32,000 nt of DNA, from contig CAYZRF010000017.1 in assembly GCA_964480775.1 (NCBI GenBank), positions 1 through 32,000 of the forward strand, written 5' to 3'. Each line of letters begins with the position of its first letter. Within the stretch, counting starts at the first letter, position 1. The notes under the pieces were generated by a model. That model had not been told where the DNA came from and did not search any database. It was given only the letters and a program-made list of their open reading frames with translations. Both the position numbers and the translations under genes were made by a program. Source of the DNA: an uncultured Nitrososphaerota archaeon. GTDB lineage: Archaea > Korarchaeota > Korarchaeia > Korarchaeales > Korarchaeaceae. Below, piece after piece: positions 14,975-23,017 of this stretch.

Positions 14975-16148
14975 AGAACCCTCTCCCTGCCTCTCTACCC
15001 ACCCAACCTCTCTTAACATAATCCTTTAAAATAGGGCATGGCTTGTAAATATCCTCTCCTCTCTCTGAGAACAGAGCTTCAAGCTTACTAACAACTTCCT
15101 CGATTCCTAACTCATCTGCCAGTTCTAAGGGCCCTTTGGGCCAACCAGCCCCCAGTTTCATCGCTGTATCCACGTCTTTCGTTTCAGCCACCTCATCCAT
15201 AACTATCCAAGCGGCCTCATTCACTGCAACTGAAAGAAATTCTAAGGCATCATACTCTTTTGCCAGCTCTTTTGGTATGTTTGGTCTTCCTGCACTCCAA
15301 TCATAGAAACCTCTGCCTGTTTTCCTTCCTAAATTGCCTTGGGCAATCAGCTCATCTATGATAGGGCAGTACTTGAGCCTGTCTCCGTAAGCATCAGATA
15401 GGATTCTCATTATCTCTGCCAGTACATCTAGCCCTATGTAATCGGCTAGCTCAAACAGACCCATTGGGAGTCTAGCACTATATTTAGCTGCAGCATCAAT
15501 CTCCTCTTTCTTTGCTCTTCCTAGGTGAACGTCCCAAAACACCTTGTTAAACAATGCACCAAGTATCCTGTTCACGATGAAACCTCTGAAATCCTTCTTT
15601 ACAAGCACCGGCGTCTTTCCTAAAGCTTTTGCAAGCTCCATTACTCTTCTAAGCGTTTCTTCACTTGTATAATCCCCTTTTATCACTTCAACTAAAGCCA
15701 TAATCTGAGGAGGGTTGAAAAAGTGCATTCCAGCGACTTTATCAGGTCTTCTGGTAATTTTTGAAATCTCGGTTATGCTAAGGCTTGATGTATTTGAGGT
15801 AAGGATAGCCTCCCTTGGAGTTACCTGATCAAGTTTTTGAAATACCAATGTTTTGAGTTTCATTTTCTCTGGAACCGCCTCTATCGCTAGATCTACATCG
15901 GTTAGATCTTCATAGCTCGTTGTCGGCTTTATTCTGGAAAAAGAAGCCTCAGCTTCTTCTTTACCTATTTTACCTTTCTCCATGAGCTTATTAATGCTCC
16001 ATTTTATTCTTTCCATGGCCTTATCAAGTATTTCATCGCTTATGTCGACGATGTATACTTTTAGTCCAGCCATGGCACAAAGCTGGGCAATACCATGACC
16101 CATAACTCCAGCTCCCACAACAGCTACGGTTTCCACCTTCTTACCCAT
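14964..16148 (-). CDS. 3-hydroxyacyl-CoA dehydrogenase (NAD-binding plus C-terminal dimerisation repeats)
   Basis: VAVVGAGVMGHGIAQ Rossmann motif, NTSSLSITE, MHFFNPP, and GRKTGRGFYDW / GREAGRGFYVY C-terminal repeats. Its ATG directly abuts the DUF35 stop (TGAATG). Confidence 0.9.
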   Translation of the reverse strand: MGKKVETVAVVGAGVMGHGIAQLCAMAGLKVYIVDISDEILDKAMERIKWSINKLMEKGKIGKEEAEASFSRIKPTTSYEDLTDVDLAIEAVPEKMKLKTLVFQKLDQVTPREAILTSNTSSLSITEISKITRRPDKVAGMHFFNPPQIMALVEVIKGDYTSEETLRRVMELAKALGKTPVLVKKDFRGFIVNRILGALFNKVFWDVHLGRAKKEEIDAAAKYSARLPMGLFELADYIGLDVLAEIMRILSDAYGDRLKYCPIIDELIAQGNLGRKTGRGFYDWSAGRPNIPKELAKEYDALEFLSVAVNEAAWIVMDEVAETKDVDTAMKLGAGWPKGPLELADELGIEEVVSKLEALFSERGEDIYKPCPILKDYVKRGWVGREAGRGFYVY

Positions 16149-16577
16149 TCAACCACCCTGTTCTTCCCAAGGCACAAACCTATAGGTCAAAGAACCATGT
16201 TCTTCTTTTGCTAAAAGCCTAACTTTCATGCCAATTGAGACGTGCTCTCCTTCGTACCAAGCTAAAACTTTGACACCTTCTTTCATTCTCGCAACAACTA
16301 CTGTATAAGGAGCTTCACCTGAAAAGCTAGCTGGTGCCGCCATTATCCTAGTATAAGTTTCGACTATGCCTTCACCGCTTAATTCAACCCACTCTACATC
16401 AGAACTTAAGCAGGAAGGACATGTAGTTGAAGGGGGAAACCTTAACGTTTGACAGTTCTTACATCTTGTGGCTAAGACCTTTCCTTCCTTTAGACCGTTC
16501 CAAAACTTTTCAATTCTCGATATAGGGATCCTGTACACCAAGCTCAAGGTTTTTGACGTTATAAATGGCTCGCTCAC
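16149..16577 (-). CDS. DUF35 OB-fold / zinc-ribbon protein (thiolase partner)
   Basis: 142 aa with zinc ribbon CKNCQTLRFPPSTTCPSCLS followed by an OB-fold-like region. It has a GTG start with GGTGA about 8 nt upstream and lies 6 nt downstream of the thiolase stop. Confidence 0.8.
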   Translation of the reverse strand: MSEPFITSKTLSLVYRIPISRIEKFWNGLKEGKVLATRCKNCQTLRFPPSTTCPSCLSSDVEWVELSGEGIVETYTRIMAAPASFSGEAPYTVVVARMKEGVKVLAWYEGEHVSIGMKVRLLAKEEHGSLTYRFVPWEEQGG

Positions 16578-16583
16578 TCTACT

Positions 16584-17747
16584 TCACCTTCCCAACACAG
16601 TCACAAAACAATACTGCCCAGTTCCTCCAACATTATGAGCCAGGGCTATGTATTTATTCAAGGGAACCTGCCTACTAGGTTCCACTTCTTCCCTCAACTG
16701 TTTTGTGAGTTCAACTATCATTGAAATTCCAGTAGCTCCCAAAGGATGTCCTTTTGCCTTCAGTCCTCCATCGATGTTCACAGGGATTCTACCACCAATT
16801 TCGGTTTCTCCCTCTCTTATCAATTTCGCGCCTTCGCCCTTTTTGCAAAACCCCAAATCCTCATAAGCAAGGATTTCTGCTATGGTAAAGCAGTCATGAA
16901 CTTCCGCTACCTCTATCTCTTTAGCTTCTACTTTCGCCATCCTGTAAGCCATTTGAGCTGCTTCCATACTAGATTGAAGCCCAATGAAATTAGTTCTGTT
17001 TACCATTGTTGAAGTATCCGAAGATACTCCTATACCTTTTATCCAAACAGGGGTATCTACTCCTATCTCTTTTACCTTGTCCTTTGATGCTAAAACCACC
17101 GCCGCAGCCCCATCGCTTATCGGACAACAGTCATAAAGCTTAAGCGGCCAAGCGATCATTCTAGAAGAAAGTACATCCTCGACTGTTATCTCTTTTTGGA
17201 ACTGAGCAAGGGGGTTCCTAGCACCATACTTGTGGTTTTTGACAGCAACAAGTGCTAGATCTTCTTCAGTAGTTCCATACTTTTTCATGTGGGCCGTGGC
17301 ATAGAGGGCATAGTAAGCAGGGAAGGTAACCCCAAACTCATGAAATTCCCAGAAGTAGGATCCTGCTCTTCCTAAGATCTCTATCATGGTAGGAGTTTCT
17401 ACCTCTGTCATCTTTTCTACTCCAAGGGCTACTGCTACATCAAACATTCCTGATGAGACAGCAAACCAAGCTGCATAGAAAGCGGCGCTTCCACTTGCAC
17501 ATGCCGCTTCGCACCTCATGGTTGCAATTCCTTGTAGTCCTGACTGTTCAGCCACTAGTACTGCAGGAGTGATGTCCTCGGAACTCAGCCCAAAGTTTCC
17601 CACGGAAAGAAATTTTATCTCTTTTTTATTCACGCCAGCGTTCTTAATAGCACTCTTCAGAGCATCTACGGATAGTTCGGAGAGGCTAGCATCTCTCCTT
17701 TTTCCAAACTTAGTTTGTCCAACCCCAATTACAGCTACTTCCTTCAT
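16584..17747 (-). CDS. Thiolase (archaeal/SCP-x-type acetyl-CoA C-acyltransferase)
   Basis: 387 aa with VAVIGVGQTKFG, active-site region CEAACASGSAAF, HDCFTIAE, GGLKAKGHPLGATG and NVGGTG. Confidence 0.9.
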   Translation of the reverse strand: MKEVAVIGVGQTKFGKRRDASLSELSVDALKSAIKNAGVNKKEIKFLSVGNFGLSSEDITPAVLVAEQSGLQGIATMRCEAACASGSAAFYAAWFAVSSGMFDVAVALGVEKMTEVETPTMIEILGRAGSYFWEFHEFGVTFPAYYALYATAHMKKYGTTEEDLALVAVKNHKYGARNPLAQFQKEITVEDVLSSRMIAWPLKLYDCCPISDGAAAVVLASKDKVKEIGVDTPVWIKGIGVSSDTSTMVNRTNFIGLQSSMEAAQMAYRMAKVEAKEIEVAEVHDCFTIAEILAYEDLGFCKKGEGAKLIREGETEIGGRIPVNIDGGLKAKGHPLGATGISMIVELTKQLREEVEPSRQVPLNKYIALAHNVGGTGQYCFVTVLGR

Positions 17748-17939
17748 TTGACAGCTATTCCCCCCTATTTTTGGTTGTTTAAAATTATTAGGGAATTGAA
17801 GCTTTTCATAGAAGGAAACTTCGTCGATGTGGGATCTCTTGAGCTTTTTGCATATAAATAATGCTATAAAGTGGTCCTATTTATGCTATCTTTTCTCTTA
17901 GAAGATCTTAATCCTTATTACGCCACGTGTTGTGCAATT

Positions 17940-18839
17940 TCAGTAGAAGAATATCCTTCCTGCGGAAATAAGCTTCCTTACATCGTCTACAAACACTTCG
18001 ACCCCTATAACCTTTGGTAGTTTTAGGAGGAAATCTCTCTCCGTTATTATGCCCTGTCCTTTTCCTACTATTAAGTGGCCAATTCCGTGCTTCCGCATCA
18101 GGGAGATCGCTTTTCCTATATCCTCAAGAGGATCGACAGTTACTATCTTCCTGGGATTTAAAGCTTGGAGCGGAGTTGCGTGCACTTCTTTCAGTCTTTT
18201 TTCCTTAAGCATTCCAAGCGTCTTCTCGCTGGAGTAAAAGGATATCAGGTCCATTATGGTCAAGATTCCTTTAAGACCCGTTGATGTCCTTAGAACTAAT
18301 CTTCTTATATCATTGGAGATCATCACTTTTTGTCCTTCTATGACAGAGGCTTGGGGAGGAAGCGTTATCAAGCAGGGAGTCATGATTTCTCCCACTCTTA
18401 CATGAGTTTCTACATCAGAAAAGAGGGCCATTAGATGCTTCTCGGATATTACTCCTACAACCCTTCCATTCTCGTCTAACACGGGAAGAGCGCCTATATC
18501 TCTCTCCATCATTAAGTCTACCACTTCAACCAAGGAATCATCTAATGAGCACCAAGGATATGGAAACATTATCGAATAAGCTGTCTCTTTCTCTAAAGCC
18601 GTATATAGATCCGAATTGTACTCCTCGACAACTTTGTTGAACCTTTCTCCTCCCCCCATAAAGTCTATTAGGTACTTGGCAGATACCACTCCTTCAAGCT
18701 TCCCTTCTTGATTTGCAACAATTGCATGCCTTACTTTCTTCTTATTCATTTCTAACATGACTTTTAGCAAGCTATCTTCTGGCTTAACCACTATAGCCGG
18801 CGGATAACGACCCACCTTAAGTTCTCTAAGCGTTCTCAA
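17940..18839 (-). CDS. Four-CBS-domain (double Bateman module) protein
   Basis: 299 aa with four repeats of the CBS pattern (...RHAIVANQEGKLEGVVS, IGALPVLDENGRVVGVISEKHL, IRRLVLRTSTGLKGILTIMDL, IGHLIVGKGQGIITERDF). It has a TTG start at 18839 and no fused effector domain. Confidence 0.75.
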   Translation of the reverse strand: MRTLRELKVGRYPPAIVVKPEDSLLKVMLEMNKKKVRHAIVANQEGKLEGVVSAKYLIDFMGGGERFNKVVEEYNSDLYTALEKETAYSIMFPYPWCSLDDSLVEVVDLMMERDIGALPVLDENGRVVGVISEKHLMALFSDVETHVRVGEIMTPCLITLPPQASVIEGQKVMISNDIRRLVLRTSTGLKGILTIMDLISFYSSEKTLGMLKEKRLKEVHATPLQALNPRKIVTVDPLEDIGKAISLMRKHGIGHLIVGKGQGIITERDFLLKLPKVIGVEVFVDDVRKLISAGRIFFY

Positions 18840-19171
18840 GAAATCTCCCCCAAGATATTGTATAAAATTTTTACAATCGCCTGCTTCGAGAGACTTAGTG
18901 CGCTATACTTTCATTTAACTATTACGTCGCTATGTCACAATTCTAAAAGAAAATAAGGAGCCAAGCTTTATTGGAATGATTGTCCAAGGTGTGACGAAAA
19001 TAACTTGCCAAAATTTCATTTTTTGTGTTGATTTTAATAAGATCTTCATTGCCTTACATATACACTAAATCACAGTAAAAAGAAGATTAGAAAATCGGCA
19101 TCCAAACAAATTCTAGGCATTGTCAGAAACGTATTAATCTTTTACCACACCTTGCAACTAAGGGATGTCCC

Positions 19172-20008
19172 TTGGTCGTGAAAGTAGGTTTTGTCAAGCT
19201 GGGGAACATAGGTTGTGCGCCTTTAATTGAGTTCTTACTTGATGAGAGAGCAGAAAGAGAGGACATTATAGTAAGAGTCTTAGGATCTGGTGCAAAGATG
19301 AGTCCAGAAGAAGCAGAGGAAGTTAGCAAAAAGCTCCTAGAATTCCAACCAGATTTTGTAGTTATAACAAGTCCAAACGCTGCCTTACCAGGCCCTACAA
19401 AGGCTAGGGAGATAATATCATCAAAGGTTCCTGTCATTGTAGTTTCGGATCTCCCAGCAAAGAAAATAATTCCTGACCTGGAGGAGAAAGGCATCGGATA
19501 TATAATAGTAGAGGCAGACGCTATGTTAGGGGCTAGAAGGGAGTTCTTAGATCCCATAGAAATGGCTTTATTCAATGCTGACTTGATTAAAGTTCTATCC
19601 ATAACAGGAGTCTATAATATCCTGTTTGAATCCATAGATAATGTCATTAAAGCTTTTAAAGAAGGTAAAAAGCCCGAACTTCCTCAAATTGTAGTGAAAG
19701 GAAAGAAAGCTGTAAAAGCAGCTGGATTTTCCAACCCATATGCGGCATCAAAGGCCTTTGCTGCCTTTGAAATCGCCAAAAACGTAGCTGATGTCACGGT
19801 AGCTGCATGTTTCAAGGAGAAAGATTGGGAGAAATACACCCTGTTATGCTCTGCAGCTCATGAGATGATGGCAACAGCAGCCAAACTTGCTTCTGAGGCA
19901 CGAGAAATGGAAAAATGCGGTGATAAAGTGCTTAGAAAACCGCACTATGACGATGGAACCATCTTATTCAAGAGAGCTCTGATTGAAAAACCATCAAAGC
20001 CAGAATAA
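19172..20008 (+). CDS. mtd: F420-dependent methylene-tetrahydromethanopterin dehydrogenase
   Basis: MVVKVGFVKLGNIGCAPLIEFLLDERAERED..., DAMLGARREFLDPIEMALFNADLIKVL, NPYAASKAFAAFEIAKNVADV and SAAHEMMATAAKLASEAREMEK closely match the Mtd sequences I remember from Methanopyrus and Methanothermobacter. The TTG start gives the consensus MVVK N-terminus. Confidence 0.95.
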   Translation: MVVKVGFVKLGNIGCAPLIEFLLDERAEREDIIVRVLGSGAKMSPEEAEEVSKKLLEFQPDFVVITSPNAALPGPTKAREIISSKVPVIVVSDLPAKKIIPDLEEKGIGYIIVEADAMLGARREFLDPIEMALFNADLIKVLSITGVYNILFESIDNVIKAFKEGKKPELPQIVVKGKKAVKAAGFSNPYAASKAFAAFEIAKNVADVTVAACFKEKDWEKYTLLCSAAHEMMATAAKLASEAREMEKCGDKVLRKPHYDDGTILFKRALIEKPSKPE

Positions 20009-20019
20009 CTCTGACGTGA

Positions 20020-20039
20020 GGGCAGGATATATTCTGCCC
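20020..20039. terminator. 8-bp hairpin between convergent mtd and MFS genes
   Basis: gggcagga-tata-ttctgccc forms 7 Watson-Crick pairs plus one G-U with a tetraloop. It sits in the 36-nt gap between the mtd stop (20008) and the MFS stop (20045). Whether it terminates transcription in archaea is unproven. Confidence 0.3.
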
Positions 20040-20044
20040 ATATC

Positions 20045-21184
20045 TTACTTTTTCTCTTTAAGAAAGATTGATAGAATGCCACTAATCACTAAATTAAGAG
20101 CTAGAAAAATAAACAATGCTCTATAACCCGCTCTGTCAAGGAGAAATCCTCCAAAACCCGTTCCAAAAGATGCACCAATGAAGGTACCTGTGTTCTGAAA
20201 TGCTAAGGCGGAAGCCCTTCTCTTCTCCGGAACTATCTGTGAGATTAAAGAAATTATAGGAGCAGGTACCAACGAGTTAACAAATCCAAAAAGAAGCAGG
20301 AAGAGCAGTATCGTTTTGTTTGAAAAGAAATAAGTTGAAATCATAAAGAGAGCTGAAACAAGGTTTGTAATAGATACTAAAAGCCCTTTATCGAACTTAT
20401 CAGCAACGACGCCTCCAAATAGATTTCCGAGAAAGCCAACAGCTGGAATCACACTTGAGAAGACTGCCGCAATTTCAATGGAAAGCCCTCTTTCATTCAC
20501 CAAAAATAAAGGCAGAAATGTAGAGAAGCCCATGACAGTCGTCATTCCTAAGAAGGGGACAAGGCAAGCTATGATGAACTTTAAGGAGATAAATCCCTCC
20601 TTGACCTTGTCTTCTTTAACTTTATGCAAATCCTCTTGCAAGGTCAAAAAGAAGGCGATAGCTACAAGAAATCCAGGCAATGATAGCCCTATGAAAGCAA
20701 ACCTCCATCCTCCAAGTAGAGCTATGGGAACGGATATTACTGGAGCTATAGCCGTCCCTATTGACGTTCCAGACATAAGAACTCCTATCGCTTTTCCTCT
20801 CTTATCTGTTGGAAAGGCTGCTGAGATTGCGGACGTAATGGGGGGAAAGTAAGTACCAGCAAATAAACCGAATAATATCCTCAAAACAAGGAATTGTACA
20901 AAACTTCTTGAAAACCCTATAAGGAGTGTAGCAGCAGAAAAAACAGCAATTCCTAAGGAGACAACTTTTCGAGATCCATACTTATCGCTAAGATAGCCAG
21001 CTGGTATCTGGGCTATTGCATAGCTTATCATAAACCCCGACATCAGTAGACCCGCCTGAGTATTGCTTATCCTCAAATCGTCCATTATCATTGGCAACAA
21101 AGGAGGTACCATCATCCTGTGAATGTAGCTTATAATCCAGCCTACCAAGCCTAAGATCAGTAAAACGAAACCATAGTTTTTCAT
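20045..21184 (-). CDS. Major facilitator superfamily transporter
   Basis: 379 aa, about 12 hydrophobic helices, with the MFS loop motif GYLSDKYGSRKV between TM2 and TM3. Confidence 0.8.
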   Translation of the reverse strand: MKNYGFVLLILGLVGWIISYIHRMMVPPLLPMIMDDLRISNTQAGLLMSGFMISYAIAQIPAGYLSDKYGSRKVVSLGIAVFSAATLLIGFSRSFVQFLVLRILFGLFAGTYFPPITSAISAAFPTDKRGKAIGVLMSGTSIGTAIAPVISVPIALLGGWRFAFIGLSLPGFLVAIAFFLTLQEDLHKVKEDKVKEGFISLKFIIACLVPFLGMTTVMGFSTFLPLFLVNERGLSIEIAAVFSSVIPAVGFLGNLFGGVVADKFDKGLLVSITNLVSALFMISTYFFSNKTILLFLLLFGFVNSLVPAPIISLISQIVPEKRRASALAFQNTGTFIGASFGTGFGGFLLDRAGYRALFIFLALNLVISGILSIFLKEKK

Positions 21185-21201
21185 TTGTGCCCAACACCTT
21201 T

Positions 21202-22089
21202 CTAATGTGAATTATGCGAAATGTTTTTCGTTCTATTCTGATCACTCTTCCTTCTTCTTAATATAACTAGAGGGCGGTGTTCTACCTTCTCTAACATATT
21301 CCAGCTCACTCCAGTAAGAGATGTACCGAACTTATTTGCCATGTCCCATACGGTTGGTCCGGCTCCGTGGCCCCTTACCCTATCTGCTCTTTCAGCCATA
21401 TCCAAGATCTCTTCAACATCGGCTTGCAGTCCACAAACGGCTATAGGAGTTGATCTACGCTTTAAGTGAAGGATCCTTCCTATAAAATAGGCTATAGGAC
21501 CTAGATCTCTAATTCCCTTGACAAAGCTTTTTCTTGGTGCTATGTGGTAGGATTTGAAAGAATAGGTCTTATCGCTGTCGACTATCATGACGGCCACATT
21601 TTTACCGGTTTTCTTCAAGATTTGCTTCTTTATGTCCTCAGCCACCTGTTCTGCCTGCATTAGAGGTAAAGCAACGAAGGAATAGGCAACGTTGGACCCA
21701 TCGATACCTCCTTCCGATCCGTGTCTTAGCGCAGAGAACAGGCCGACCTCGTCAATGCAAACTTGCTTGTGTTGAGCACCCTCTGGAATAGGATAGTTCC
21801 TGAATCTATTGATGTTCTCTCTCTTCATCCTTAGAATAGGACCTAAGAAAAGACCCCACACGATCTTCATCCAAAATAAAGCCAAAAAATATGCTAATAT
21901 TCCAGGTTTTACCTTGCTTTCGTCAACTATGTTTCCTAAAGCCACAGAAATAGCTTTTTCAGATATTACAAGGATGTCTCCGTCTCTTAACTTAGGGCCT
22001 GCCCTTTTGATTATGTCATCTATATAGCTCGTATTTGGCCTCCAGTAACTCGTTTTGATGGCTATTGCTTTGAATTTTCGCAATTTCAT
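21202..22089 (-). CDS. CofE-like (F420-0:gamma-glutamyl ligase family) protein with a hydrophobic insertion
   Basis: LRDGDILVISEKAISVALG, GSEGGIDGSNV and KTGKNVAVMIVDSDK resemble the CofE motifs GD.LVV.S..VSKAEG, AGIDASNV and TGK.V.VIITDT. A hydrophobic stretch, GILAYFLALFWMKIVWGLFLGPIL, is inserted after the first motif. The assignment is from memory of the A. fulgidus CofE. Confidence 0.55.
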   Translation of the reverse strand: MKLRKFKAIAIKTSYWRPNTSYIDDIIKRAGPKLRDGDILVISEKAISVALGNIVDESKVKPGILAYFLALFWMKIVWGLFLGPILRMKRENINRFRNYPIPEGAQHKQVCIDEVGLFSALRHGSEGGIDGSNVAYSFVALPLMQAEQVAEDIKKQILKKTGKNVAVMIVDSDKTYSFKSYHIAPRKSFVKGIRDLGPIAYFIGRILHLKRRSTPIAVCGLQADVEEILDMAERADRVRGHGAGPTVWDMANKFGTSLTGVSWNMLEKVEHRPLVILRRRKSDQNRTKNISHNSH

Positions 22090-22214
22090 ATGAGTTCGCC
22101 ATTATCCACCAAAATATCGCCTATACGGAGCAAACTAATTCACAATAATAAGATTCACAGATCCTTTAAAGCTAAGCGCTCTTTATCCATTGGCCCATTT
22201 CGTCATCATTTGAC

Positions 22215-22541
22215 TTAGCCAAATTCCTTTATCATAGAGTCTCCTGTGCTTTTTACACGTTCCCAGGTCCTTTCTAGCTCATCATCGTAAACTCCTCTCA
22301 TTTTACATCTTTCATATGTTTCTAAGAACTTGATGAAGCTCCTTAGGATTTCATGCCGTTGTACCCTCAAAACCTCAGAATCTACATTTATTTCCTTAAT
22401 TAAAGCTCCACCAACTGGGATTCGATCTCCCAGTATGTCCATGAGAACTAGTTCTCCATTTTGATATGATGTCCTTACAATATCCTCAGCAATCTTTTCT
22501 TCTCCATCTTTTTCAGTCAGAATTACAGTAAATTCACACAT
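22215..22541 (-). CDS. cooT: CooT-family nickel-binding protein with a C-terminal helical extension
   Basis: The N-terminus MCEFTVILTEKDGEEKIAEDIVRTSYQNGELVLMDILGDRIPVGGALIKEINVD has the invariant Cys2 and the beta-rich ~60-aa pattern of CooT. An extra ~45 aa (RHEILRSFIKFLETYERCKMRG...) follows. Confidence 0.55.
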   Translation of the reverse strand: MCEFTVILTEKDGEEKIAEDIVRTSYQNGELVLMDILGDRIPVGGALIKEINVDSEVLRVQRHEILRSFIKFLETYERCKMRGVYDDELERTWERVKSTGDSMIKEFG

Positions 22542-22698
22542 CTCCCTTCAATCGCTATGTGAATTGATAAACCTTCTTGATCGTGTTAGGTCAAGGATGA
22601 GAAAGCTTTGGGGTATTCCCACGCCCTTTGGTGCTTATAAAGGGCCTTGAATACATAAAAAATCTTAAATTATTCAATACAAGCGAAACTAAAGGGAA

Positions 22699-23004
22699 AT
22701 GGAAAAGCTTAAGTCCTTAGATCCGGAATTAAAGCGATTTTTAGTAAATCTGGGGCAAGAACAGAGGTCCTCACTAAAATGGGACTTGCTCGGCTATCTT
22801 CTTACCTTAAAAGCCAAGGCATGTGCTGGAGCTCCAATTGAACAAGTGAAACTCATGTTGTTATATTGGAAATATGATCTTTTGGAGTCTGATGAAGGCC
22901 TAGGAACTCTAATCGAAATATGCAAGGCATTAGATTCAGGAAAAACGGCAGAAATCTTAGCCAAAAATGGTCTAAATGAGCTTGCAGAACGTATTAAGGG
23001 GTAA
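22699..23004 (+). CDS. Hypothetical 101-aa helical protein upstream of mer
   Basis: The ORF stop (23002..23004) lies 13 nt before the mer ATG. I recognise no family, and coding status rests on position and length only. Confidence 0.4.
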   Translation: MEKLKSLDPELKRFLVNLGQEQRSSLKWDLLGYLLTLKAKACAGAPIEQVKLMLLYWKYDLLESDEGLGTLIEICKALDSGKTAEILAKNGLNELAERIKG

Positions 23005-23017
23005 AGGGGTGGAGACT

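Noticed and set aside
14975-15019. Longest-ORF N-terminal extensions of the enoyl-CoA hydratase (also gcvH-like 1697..1744 and mer 22976..23017)
   Set aside because: The extensions have no counterpart in the respective families and overlap upstream genes or spacers. The internal ATGs give family-typical N-termini, and mer additionally has a well-placed SD-like GGTGGAG.
1088-19174. Apparent abundance of GTG/TTG start codons (1088, 1890, 6958, 11010, 16577, 18839, 19172)
   Set aside because: This is partly an artefact of longest-ORF calling. Where it can be judged (mtd TTG giving MVVK..., DUF35 GTG with an upstream GGTGA), the non-ATG starts look genuine. That is ordinary for archaea and not a finding in itself.
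19123-19602. 159-aa minus-strand ORF overlapping the mtd 5' half
   Set aside because: The plus frame matches Mtd nearly residue for residue in conserved blocks. The antisense translation is Ser-rich with no family resemblance.
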